A DNA stretch of 64,000 nt from Chrysomallon squamiferum. Taxonomy: Eukaryota; Animalia; Mollusca. Under the pieces are notes generated by a model. The model was not told the DNA's origin and did no database searches. It saw nothing but the letters and a program-made list of their open reading frames with translations. Of this stretch, positions 39,993 to 52,626 are shown one piece after another. The DNA is taken from assembly GCA_012295275.1 (NCBI GenBank), contig CM022667.1, positions 8,556,001 to 8,620,000 on the forward strand. Reading direction: 5' to 3'. A program made the position numbers and the translations under genes. Position 1 is the first letter of the stretch, and each line of letters starts with the position of its first letter.

Positions 39993-40063
39993 TTTTTGTT
40001 TGAGGAAGCTTAATGTTCTCTTGGTGATAAATATATAATAAAAATTGTAAGTTGTTGTTCATA

Positions 40064-43000
40064 ATGAATGACCATGGTTCACAATTTTTCATTCTTCTTG
40101 TCCAAAAGCTTGGGAAGAAAAAAGATAAGGCTGTATTTTCATCACTACGATCGGGTTCTCGATCAAAAACTGTTCTCGCTGGGTCGCTTCTATTTTTTAT
40201 TGATCAGTTGTCCAAAGGACAGGATTACGCACTTATTCTCGAAACATTCGACTCAGACTGTCTTCAGGTAACGTGTATTCCTGGAGAGGTGGAATTAATA
40301 GAAAGAGAAGTCCAAGAATTATTAATTCCAATACCAAATTGCGCAGAACGTTTAGCTGTTTATCAAGACAAGGAGTGGCTAGCAGAAGTACAGACTCTTA
40401 AAAAAGGAGACAGAGTTTTTGTTAAAATGAAAAATCATGAAAGTGAATTGGAAGGAATTGTTAAATACCGTGGCCCTTTACCAGAGAGTGAAGGAATATC
40501 ATTTGGAATTGAATTGGTATGTGTGTTGTATCCGGTTTTCTTTAACTCACACTAATTAAAAATAAAATATAAATATAAAACAAATTGTGTGTGTGTGTGT
40601 GTGAAGAACAACCAGACCTCACACACATACACATATGTAGACGTATACATATACACAGTAACTTATGTTTAATTAATAAACTCCTTAGCCAAAACAATTG
40701 TAATGTAGTGATTAAGTGAGTTATCTCCCCTTGAAAACTTCATTAATTTGTTACAGATCTTTTGGGTTATTGGAGATTTACAGTTTTTTGTTTTGTTATT
40801 ACATAAACATTTTTTATTTTCAAAACAACACTTTTAATATAATTGCTTTTCAAACATTTTATTTTTTAAAATTAAATTTGTTATTATTATTATTATTCCT
40901 GCTGAGAAGAAAATATATTAGTAGAGATAACTATCTTTGATCTGGCATTTAATCTTTCTGCATTTTGCTTTTTATATCTACATTGAAAGTGAAGTAGGAG
41001 TTGCATTTCCTTCAAATTATATGTTGAACTGGTGTCTTTGATGATAGTACTTTAACCATTTTAATGTAAAATTATGGTGCAACACCTCCCTAGCAGCAGG
41101 TATTTTTTTGTGAAATTATCTCAGTGAAATATAATTTAGTGTATTATGTCAAGATATCTCATCATTGGCAGTCTTCTGTCATGTTGAGATATCTTGCCAA
41201 CAGTATTATTCTGTTATACTGTTACATATAACCATTGTCACCAAAAGGGTTAAACCTTCAGACTATGCTAACTATAGAGTTGTAGAAGATATAGACATTA
41301 TATATACCAACAGTATTATTCTGTTATACTGTTACATATAACCATTGTCACCAAAAAGGGTTAAACCTTCAGACTATGCTAACTATAGAGTTGTAGAAGA
41401 TATAGATATTATATATACCAACAGTATTATTCTGTTATACTGTTACATATAACCATTGTCACCAAAAGGGTTAAACCTTCAGACTATGCTAACTATAGAG
41501 TTGTAGAAGATATAGACATTATATATACCAACAGTATTATTCTGTTATACTGTTACATATAACCATTGTCACCAAAAGGGTTAAACCTTCAGACTATGCT
41601 AACTATAGAGTTGTAGAAGATATAGACATTATATATACCAACAGTATTATTCTGTTATACTGTTAACATATAACCATTGTCACCAAAAGGGTTAAACCTT
41701 CAGACTATGCTAACTATAGAGTTGTAGAAGATATAGACATTATATATACCAACAGTATTATTCTGTTATACTGTTACATATAACCATTGTCACCAAAAGG
41801 GTTAAACCTTCAGACTATGCTAACTATAGAGTTGTAGAAGATATAGACATTATATATACCAACAGTATTATTCTGTTATACTGTTACATATAACCATTGT
41901 CACCAAAAGGGTTAAACCTTCAGACTATGCTAACTATAGAGTTGTAGAACATATAGACATTATATATACCAACAGTATTATTCTGTTATACTGTTACATA
42001 TAACCATTGTCACCAAAAGGGTTAAACCTTCAGACTATGCTAACTATAGAGTTGTAGAACATATAGACATTATATATACCAACAGTATTATTCTGTTATA
42101 CTGTTACATATAACCATTGTCACCAAAAGGGTTAAACCTTCAGACTATGCTAACTATAGAGTTGTAGAAGATATAGACATTATATATACCAACAGTATTA
42201 TTCTGTTATACTGTTACATATAACCATTGTCACCAAAAAGGGTTAAACCTTCAGACTATGCTAACTATAGAGTTGTAGAAGATATAGACATTATATATAC
42301 CAACAGTATTATTCTGTTATACTGTTACATATAACCATTGTCACCAAAAGGGTTAAACCTTCAGACTATGCTAACTATAGAGTTGTAGAAGATATAGACA
42401 TTATATATACCAACAGTATTATTCTGTTATACTGTTACATATAACCATTGTCACCAAAAGGGTTAAACCTTCAGACTATGCTAACTATAGAGTTGTAGAA
42501 GATATAGACATTATATGTACCACCGAATTAACAGTTGTCAACAGAGACAGATAAGTATATTTCTGTGCATAATTTTCAACAGAATTCTCTGATGATAATA
42601 ATAAGATATTGTTTCTTATGACTGTGCAGTGACACATAGGAAAGAAAAGTTATATTAATTATTTAGTTAATTATTTTTTAAATTATTATTATTATTATTT
42701 ATTATTTATTTCTTTCTTTAATTATCTACCCCACCCCCAATCAGATTTGTTTCTAACCATATTTATCTACTTCGCAGGATAAGAAAGGATTAGGAACTTG
42801 CGATGGAATGTTCAGAAAACAGAGATTCTTTACCTGTCCGCCTGACAGTGCTGTGTTTTGTGCCGCTCATCACGTTCGGAAACGAAGCGTTGACAATAAC
42901 CCTCATGTGTGGGTGAAAGAAACTCTGAGCAGTCCTGTGTCTGTTAGTGAAGATGTGCAAGAGAGACTCAAGATAGGAGATAGAGTTGTATGGATGAGTG

Positions 43001-44722
43001 ACCACGGGCCCGAACCAGGAAGTGTGAAATGGATCGGCATTCTGCCTGGAGATCTGAAAGGGGAAACAACTGTTGGGGTTGAATTTGTATGTTTGTTTTT
43101 ATGTTACTTGGTGTGGAATGCTGGTGTGTCGCAATGAAATATTCAAATTTAACATTTACATGAATTTAATACTTACAAACAAATATATATAGATATATAC
43201 ACAGACATATACACACACATACAAATTTACTATCTGTACACGTAATTTACGTAAATAATGAGATTTCAGGTATTATTCGAAATGGTTTGTAACAAAGATA
43301 ATAAAGAAAACAATAATTCTAAAATAAGAGTAGTTCTAAAAATTAGTTTAAAAAACACTATTATATATTTATTTATTTTATTTATAAATTACTTCAGTTA
43401 TTTTAAAGAAAACTCTATTTAATAGTTAGTTTGAAATACTAACATTTTGTTAGCTTTTAAAATTAATACCAAAGGATGAAAATAATTAAATTTGGAATGT
43501 TCCCAAACTAAATATTATTTTGATTTTCTTTTAATGGTTACTTGTGCTGCTGAGACGAAAATGTCTTTTGAACTAATTTCATATTCTATCCAGTTAATGC
43601 ATACTAGCTTATTAAATGCTGCATTATAACTTAACCAAGTTAATGTGCTTGTAAAAGAACACAGCAGAATAACTCATAGAATGGTATTTACTATTTCATA
43701 AAGTTGTAACACATTTGTTAAACATTGGTAATATGTTTTTACATAGCTTTCTGTGGAATGCTAGTGGTGTTAATTAATTTATTTTATTCTATAAAAAATG
43801 TTATTTGTTTATTTTGTTATTCATTTATTCATTTTACCATGTGTTGTTAACTTTCAGGATGAGGCAGTTGGTTCTGGAACGGGAAAATACAAAGAACACA
43901 GATTATTTTTCGCCAAGCAGAATCATGCAGTTCTTATTCCTGTGTTAGGCCTTATAAAAGAAGAAGAATTTTATTCTCCTATTAATGGTGAGTACATTCC
44001 ATCTATATATTATTCATCATTACTTTAATAATAAAACTTCAAGAGAATGGATGTCAATTTTTTTTTTTTTTGCCGTGACAGATAAATAAACATCTATATA
44101 CAAAATTAGACAGCATTTTGTTCCACTCAAAGCTGAAAAAGCTTTGGGCTCTGATGATGTCAGAGGCAGTTTTGCCAAAGCAAAAAGGTGTTTTCAATCA
44201 ACCAATAACATCACTAGCGAGTATGTGTTCTGCATTATCATTACTTTTTGGGGGGTTTTTGTTATTCAGTATATTAGGTAATACTTAACATTTACATTTA
44301 AATGAAACTTATTATTATATTATAACTTAAATTTATATTATTGGATGTTGTCAGTTTAAATGAAAGTGACTGAAAAAAAAATTAAATATAATTCCATTTA
44401 TGTATTTATTTTTAAAAGAAAATAAAAGTGAAATAAAAGGAAGTTTTTTTTAACTTTTTTCATTCTATGTGTGGAAACATTTATTTATATATTTAGGACA
44501 ATTGAAATGTATGTGTATAATGGGAAACTAATAATAATAATAATAATAATAATAATAGTAAAAATAGTGAAAATAAAAGAATAAAAACAAACAAAGGATT
44601 AATTTTAAGCAATAGGAGACCCAGAATTTAAATTCAGTTATTGCCAACACAGTTATGTACTAACTAACGTGTATGTGGAACTCCTTCCTTTAAAATTGTA
44701 TTTATTTAATTTTTAAAACATG

Positions 44723-44757
<35 letters not shown>

Positions 44758-47655
44758 CGCAGGTGATTCAGCTTCAGAGGCAGCTGAAAAAACACACAAA
44801 AAATGCATGGTGAGTTTTACTGTAATTTTGCTATGGGCAATTTTGTTTAAAAATATACTACAGTGGCTGGCTACAATTGACAGCATGTTTGGATATCATG
44901 AGCTTGACAAACTAATAGTGAAAGTAAACGTGTTAAATAAATATTTATTAACAAATATCCACATACATGCATATTCATGTTACAAATACAAACATGGTTG
45001 TCTTGGTAGTCAAGTGGTATCATTGTCTGCCTTCACAGTTTGGTGAACAGATGCAATATGTTCGTGGTGTCTAATATTTGTGAGGTCGTTACTGACTACA
45101 TCCTCCTATGTCTGTGCATTCCTGAATATTGTTAATCAGAGTCTGTTTAAGACAACGGAATATTCATTTCTAAATACAAACAGAAATTGTTGTTGTCATC
45201 ATCATCATTAACATCTTCATTATTGTTACTGTTGTTGTTATTATTATTGTTGTTGCTATTGTTCCTATTATGCCATTCAAGATATGAAAAATAATTTGCA
45301 ATATAATATATATATATAATTTTTTAAATTATGAAATGTCTGTATATAAAAGATTGTTTAATAAAATATAAAAGTTTTCACATTTATGTAGACAGAAATA
45401 CTGGAAGTGGCAAAAGTCACTTAAGTTACTTCAAAGAGTATTCACAAATTAAGGTAATTTATTATCTAAAACAAGTACTAACTGTGATCTGGAGAGGTCT
45501 ACTTTGAAAATGAAGAAATCCAGTTGCAAAGCATCATAGAAAGAGAGAAAGAAAGAAAGAGAGAGTGAGAAAGTTACATTAACCAGGTATGTATTTAGTT
45601 AATCAGTTGTCATTCTTTTTTATTATTATTATTTATTATGAATTTTTTTTCACTATTATTTTGTTTATTATTATTATTTTTTATTATCTCCATCTGAAAC
45701 ATTTGTTTCTAACCATATTTATCTACTTTGCAGGATAAGAAAGGATTAGGAACTTGCAATGGAATGTTCAGAAAACAGAGATTCTTTACCTGTCCTCCTG
45801 ACAGTGCTGTGTTTCATGCTGCTCATTGCGTTCGGAAACGAAGCCTTGACAATAACCCTCATGTGTGGTCGAAAGAAACTCCGAGCAGTCCTGTGTCTGT
45901 TAGTGAAGATGTGCAAGACAGACTCAAGATAGGAGACAGAGTTGTGTGGATGAGTGACCACGGGCCCGAACCAGGAAGTGTGAAATGGATCGGCATTCTG
46001 CCTGGAGATCTGAAAGGGGAAACAACTGTTGGGGTTGAATTTGTATGTTTGTTTTTACTTTACTTGTTGTGGAATGCTGGTGTGTCACAATGAAATATTC
46101 AAATTTAACATTTACATGAATTTAATAATTAGAAACATACACACACACACACAAATTTAAACATAGAAATATATACAAAAATGTATAAATGTAATGTAGA
46201 AACAAAAACATCACAGATGTTATATAATGAGATTTCATGTAATATTTGAAATGGTTTGTAGCAAAGATAAGAGAGAGAACAATAATTACAGATTAGTTCT
46301 GAAAATAAGTTTTAAAACCACTATTTTATTAGTAAATAACTTTGATTTTGTTACTACAGATCTATTTAATGGTTAGTTTTAAATACTACCATTTTGTTAG
46401 CTTTTAAAATTAATTTGAAAATAATTGAATTTGGAATGTTCCCAAACTAAATATTATTTTGATTTTCTTTTAATGGTTACCTGTGCTGCTGAGACGAAAA
46501 TGTGTCTTGAACTAATTTCATATTCTATCCAGTTAATGCATACTAGCTTATTAAATGCTGCATTATAACTTAACCAAGTTAATATGCTTGTAAAAGAACA
46601 CTGCAGAATAACTCATAGAATGGTATTTACTATTTCATAAAGTTGTAACACATTTGTTAAACATTGGTAATATGTTTTTACATAGCTTTCTGTGGAATGC
46701 TAGTGGTGTTAATTAATTTATTTTATTCTATAAAAAATGTTATTTGTTTATTTTGTTATTCATTTATTCATTTTACCATGTGTTGTTAACTTTCAGGATG
46801 AGGCAGTTGGTTCTGGAACGGGAAAATACAAAGAACACAGATTATTTTTCGCCAAGCAGAATCATGCAGTTCTTATTCCTGTGTTAGGCCTTATAAAAGA
46901 AGAAGAATTTTATTCTCCTATTAATGGTGAGTACATTCCATCTATATATTATTCATCATTACTTTAATAATAAAACTTCAAGAGAATGGATGTCAATTTT
47001 TTGTTTGCCGTGACAGATAAATAAACTTCTATATTCAAAATTAAACAGCATTTTGTTCCACTCAAAGCTGAAAAAGCTTTGGGCTCTGATGATGTCAAAG
47101 GCAGTTTTGCCAAAGCAAAAAGGTGTTTTCAATCAACCAATAACATCACTAGTGAGTATGTGTTCTGCATTATCATTACTTTTTGGGGGGTTTTTGTTAT
47201 TCAATATATTAGGCAATACTTAACATTTACATTTAAATGAAATTTATTATTATATTATAACTTAAATTTATATTATTGGATGTTTTCGGTTTACATGAAA
47301 GTGATTGAAAAAAAATTAAAATATAATTCCATTTATGTATTTATTTTTAAAAGAAAATAAAAGTGAAATAAAAGGAAGTTTTTTTTAACTTTTTTTATTC
47401 TATGTGTGGAAACATTTATTTATATATTTAGGGGTAGGACAATTGAAATGCATGTGTATAATGGGAAACTAATAATAATAATAATAATAATAATAATAGC
47501 AAAAATAATAAAAATAAAAACAAACAAAGGATTAATTTTAAGCAATAGGAGACCCAGAATTTAAATTCAGTTATTGCCAACACAGTTATGTGATAACTAA
47601 CATGCATGTGGAACTCCTTCCTTTAAAATTGTATTTATTTAATTTTTAAAACATG

Positions 47656-47700
<45 letters not shown>

Positions 47701-50603
47701 TATCGCAGGTGATTCAGCTTCAGAGGCAGCTGAAAAAACACACAAAAAATGCATGGTGAGTTTTACTGTAATTTTGTTTACAAATATACTACAGTGGCTG
47801 GCTACAATTGACAGCATGTTTGGATATCATGAGCTTGACAAACTAATAGTGAAAGTAAACGTGTTAAATAAATATTTATTAACAAATATCCACATACATG
47901 CATATTCATGTTACAAATACAAACATGGTTGTCTTGGTAGTCAAGTGGTATCATTGTCTGCCTTCACAGTTTGGTGAACAGATGCAATATGTTCGTGGTG
48001 TCTAATATTTGTGAGGTCGTTACTGACTACATCCTCCTATGTCTGTGCATTCCTGAATATTGTTAATCAGAGTCTGTTTAAGACAACGGAATATTCATTT
48101 CTAAATACAAACAGAAATTGTTGTTGTTGTCATCATCATCATTAACATCTTCATTATTGTTACTGTTGTTGTTATTATTATTGTTGTTGCTATTGTTCCT
48201 ATTATGCCATTCAAGATATGAAAAATAATTTGCAATATAATATATATATATATATTTTTTAAACTATGAAATGTCTGTATATAAAAGATTGTTTAATAAA
48301 ATATAAAAAATTTCACATTTATGTAGACAGAAATATTGGAAGTGGCAAAAGTCACTTAAGTTACTTCAAAGAGTATTCACAAATTAAGGTAATTTATTAT
48401 CTAAAACAAGCACTAACTGTGATCTGGAGAGGTCTACTTTGAAAATGAAGAAATCCAGTTGCAAAGCATCATAGAAAGAGAGAAAGAAAGAAAGAGAGAG
48501 TGAGAAAGTTACATTAACCAGGTATGTATTTAGTTAATCAGTTGTCATTCTTTTTTATTATTATTATTATTTATTATGAATTTTTTTTCACTATTATTTT
48601 GTTTATTATTATTATTTTTTATTATCTCCATCTGAAACATTTGTTTCTAACCATATTTATCTACTTTGCAGGATAAGAAAGGATTAGGAACTTGCAATGG
48701 AATGTTCAGAAAACAGAGATTCTTTACCTGTCCTCCTGACAGTGCTGTGTTTCATGCTGCTCGTTGCGTTCGGAAACGAAGCCTTGACAATAACCCTCAT
48801 GTGTGGTCGAAAGAAACTCCGAGCAGTCCTGTGTCTGTTAGTGAAGATGTGCAAGAGAGACTCAAGATAGGAGTTAGAGTTGTATGGATGAGTGACCACG
48901 GGCCCGAACCAGGAAGTGTGAAACGGATCAGCATTCTGCCTGGAGATCTGAAAGGGGAAGCAACTGTTGAGTTTGAATTTGTATGTTTGTTTTTACCTTA
49001 CTTGTTGTGGAATGCTGGTCTCTCAAAATAAATATTCATATTTAACATTTACATGAATTTAATGCTTAGAAACAAACAAACACACACACACATACAAGCA
49101 CTCATTTACTGTCTGTACACACAGAAATATATACAAAAATTTATAAATGTAATGTAGAAACAAAAACATCACAGATGTTATATAATGAGATTTCATGTAA
49201 TATTTGAAATGGTTTGTAGCAAAGATAAGAGAGAGAACAATAATTACAGATTAGTTCTCAAAATGAGTTTAAAAAACACTATTTTATTAGTAAATAACTT
49301 TGATTTTGTTACTAACGATCTATTTAATGGTTTGTTAGTATTTAAAATTAATATCAAAGGATGAAAATAATTAAACTTGAAATTTGCAGGATAAGAAAGG
49401 ATTAGGAACTTGCGATGGAATGTTCAGAAAACAGATATTCTTAACCTGTCCTCCTGACAGTTCTGTGTTTTGTACCACTGATAGAGTTTCGAAACAAAGC
49501 ATTGTCAGCAACCCTCATGTGTGGTTGGAAGAAACTCTGAGCAATCCTGTGTCTGTTAGTGAAGATGTGCAAGACAGACTCAAGTTAGGAGTTAGAGTTG
49601 TGTGGATGAGTGACCACGGGCCTGAACCAGGAAGTGTGAAATGGATCGGCATTCTGCCTGGAGATCTGAAAGGGGAAACAATTGTTGGGGTTGAATTTGT
49701 ATGTTTGTTTTTACATTACTTGGTGTGGAATGCTGTGTGTCATATTAAATATTCAAATTTAACATTTACATGAATTTAATAATTAGAAACACACACACAC
49801 ATACACAAACTCACATACACACACACACACACACACATATTTACACATAGAAATATATACAAAAATGTATAAATGTAATGGAGAAACAAAAACATCACAG
49901 ACGTTATATAATGAGATTTCATGTAATATTTGAAATGGTTTGTAGCAATAATTACAGATTAGTTCTGAAAATGAGTTTTAAAACCACTATTTTATTAGTA
50001 AATAACTTTGATTTTGTTACTAAAGATCTATTAAATGGTTTGTTTTAAATACTACCATTTTGTTAACTTTTAAAATTAGTATCAAAGGATGAAAATAATT
50101 AAATTTGGAATGTTCCCAAACTATAAATATTGTTTTGATTTTCTTTTAATTGATACTTGTGCTGCTGATACGAAAATGTCTCTTGAACTAATTTCATATT
50201 CTAACCAGTTAATGCATACTAGCTTATTAAATTCTGTGTTATAAACCTTACCAAAGGTATGTACTTATTAAAGAACACTGTAAAATAACTCATAGAATGG
50301 TGACTGTATTTACTATTTCATAAAGTTGTAACATATAAACCCTCTCCCATTATATTTGTTAAACACTTTTAATATGTTTTTACATAGCTTTCTGTGTGGT
50401 GGTATTAATTAATTAATTTGTTTTTATCTATAAAAAAAAAAATTATTTATTTATTTTATTTACTTTGGTTTATTCAATTTCAGGATGAGCCAATTGGTTC
50501 TGGAACGGGAAAATACAAAGGACACAGATTATTTTTCGCCAAGCAGAATCATGCAGCTTTTATTCCTGTGTTAGGCCTTATAAAAGAAGAAGAATTTTAT
50601 TGA
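40064..50603 (+). CDS. Truncated chimeric CYLD paralog: tandem CAP-Gly modules joined by a TK2-derived exon, no USP domain (about 720 aa if all exons are used; may be a pseudogene)
   Basis: Exons 40064-40516, 42778-43086, 43858-43987, 44763-44809 (TK2-derived), 45734-46042, 46797-46926, 47709-47755 (TK2-derived), 48672-48980, 49390-49698, 50484-50603 (TGA). All AG/GT intact, phases compatible, 2163 nt with no internal stop. Confidence 0.6.
41197..42522. repeat. 110-bp tandem repeat, 12 units, intron 1 of the CYLD paralog
   Basis: Period 110 (41197, 41307, 41418, 41528...), near-identical units. Confidence 0.97.
44042..45560 (+). pseudogene. Degenerate copy of TK2 exons 1-3 with introns (copy a)
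   Basis: Collinear with 30085-31570; first ATG lost, exon 3 acceptor CAG->CAC and P-loop disrupted, exon 2 splice sites intact. Confidence 0.9.
46981..48500 (+). pseudogene. Degenerate copy of TK2 exons 1-3 (copy b)
   Basis: Near-identical to copy a, offset about 2.94 kb. Confidence 0.9.
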
Positions 50604-50667
50604 CCTGTTAATGGTTAGTATATTTCATCTATATATTATTCATCATTACTTTAATAATAAAACTTCA

Positions 50668-51155
50668 AGAGAATGGATGTCAATTTTTTTGTTTTGCTGT
50701 GACAGATAAATAAACATCTATATACAAAATTAAACAGCATTTTGTTCCACTCAAAGCTGAAAAAGCTTTGGGCTCTGATGATGTCAAAGGCAGTTTTGCC
50801 AAAGCAAAAAGGTGTTTTCAATCAACCAATAACATCACTAGCGAGTATATGTTCTGCATTATCATTTCTTTTTTTGTTTTTTTGTTGTTCAGTATATTAG
50901 GCAGTACTTAACATTTACATTTAAATGAAATTTATTATTATATTATAACTTAAATTTATATTATTGGATGTTTTCGGTTTAAATGAAAGTGATTGAAAAA
51001 AAATTAAAATATAATTCCATTTATGTATTTATTGTTAAAGGAAAATAAAAGTGAAATAAAAGGAAGTTTTTTTTAACTTTTTTTATTCTATGTGTGGAAA
51101 CATTTATTTATATATATAGGGGCAGCACAATTGAAATGCATGTGTATAATGGGAA

Positions 51156-51195
<40 letters not shown>

Positions 51196-51362
51196 GTAAA
51201 AATAAAAAAATAAAAACAAACAAAGGATTAATTTTAAGCAATAGGAGACCCAGAATTTAAATTCAGTTATTGCTAACACAGTTATGTAATAACTAATGTG
51301 TATGTGGAACTCCTTCCTTTAAAATTGTATTTATTTAATTTTTAAAACATGATTATTATTAA

Positions 51363-51404
<42 letters not shown>

Positions 51405-52072
51405 CGCAGGTGATTCAGCTTCAGAGGCAGCTGAAAAAACACACAAAAAATGCATGGTGAGTTTTACTGTAATTTTGCAGCAAAGGACAATTTTGTTTAA
51501 AAGTATACTACAGCGGCTGTCTGCAGTTGACAGCATGTTTGGATATCATGAGCTTGACAAACTAATAGTGAAAGTAAACGTGTTAAATAAATAATTTATC
51601 CAAAAACATCAGACATTTTATATCATTGTTAATTCGGTTTTTAATGTTGAATATTCTTTTTTCTTTTCTTTTTTTATGAGAGTAAAAATTATTAAATGTA
51701 ATATAATGTCCAACTATCAAAAACAACTTTGTTGATGTTAGTTAATTATTAAATGTTATTTTATAAAACATGATTTATAGTTTATTATGGGAAATATTGA
51801 ATTTAGACAACATCCTTACAGCCATCCAAGATAAAACTTTATTTACTTTATATGTACAACCTGCTTCAATAAAGCTTTTCGAAACATTTATTTTAAAAAT
51901 AATTTAAAGACTTTGTTATTTGTGTTTTTTAAATATTTATTTTTTATAACCTTTTGTTTGTTTTCATGTCACTATGACAGTAACGCTTTGTTTAATTATT
52001 CTAAATATTGTCAAAGGCAGTTTTGCCAAAGCAAAAAGGTGTTTTCAATCAACCAAATGGAATAACATCACT
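50668..52072 (+). pseudogene. Degenerate TK2 copy c: exons 1-2, then jump to TK2 downstream sequence, plus an extra exon 1 fragment
   Basis: Exon 2 homolog at 51410-51456; 51620-51970 matches 37225-37605; 52009-52072 matches TK2 exon 1. Confidence 0.85.
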
Positions 52073-52590
52073 TAACCATATCCTAATAGGGCCTCGATCA
52101 ACCTGTGGACATTTTTTCTCAGCGTTATTTATGTGTCCTGTTTTCAGTGTTTGTTTAAGTTAGAAAATTGGCCCCATCTTATTTACTAAGCCACAGATCA
52201 CAGTTTAGGTTATACCTACATTTAGAATCTACTGGTAATTTTTTTTTACTAATTATAATATTTTATATTGTTCTACTGTTACGGTATTAAAGTACAGTTT
52301 TTGAAAATGTCTTTAACATAGTTACTATTTACCTAAATAGCTTACTTTAATACAGTCTAACATCTTGTAATTAACCTGTATTTATCATTAAAGTAAGTAA
52401 ATATGTTACCCATTCATTTCGACAAATATTCCTAACTGTATTCACTGTTAAGCTCTTGTTAATTAAGTTCAGTTACATTAATTAGTTTTAACATTTCTAT
52501 TAATTTTTATTGATTATTGTAATTGTATTTAAAATAAATTTTGAATTAAAAAGAAAAAAATAATTACATTGATAAATATGTATGTGTTTT

Positions 52591-52626
<36 letters not shown>

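Larger units (their letters stand above)
37800..44030 (+). repeat. Segmental duplication copy 1 (CYLD upstream region and exons 1-3); partner at about 52520-58145
   Basis: Collinear near-identity, e.g. ORF 40052 vs 54953 differ by one residue; 39402 vs 54279; shared 110-bp VNTR. Confidence 0.93.

Noticed and set aside
41197-42522. CRISPR-like regular array (also 5140-5868 and 62989-63978)
   Set aside because: Units are contiguous and near-identical with no unique spacers, no cas genes, eukaryotic intronic context
45380-45453. Second functional TK2 gene (P-loop-like GSGK remnant)
   Set aside because: Acceptor mutated, indels after GSGK, and exons 4-9 absent; treated as a pseudogene fragment
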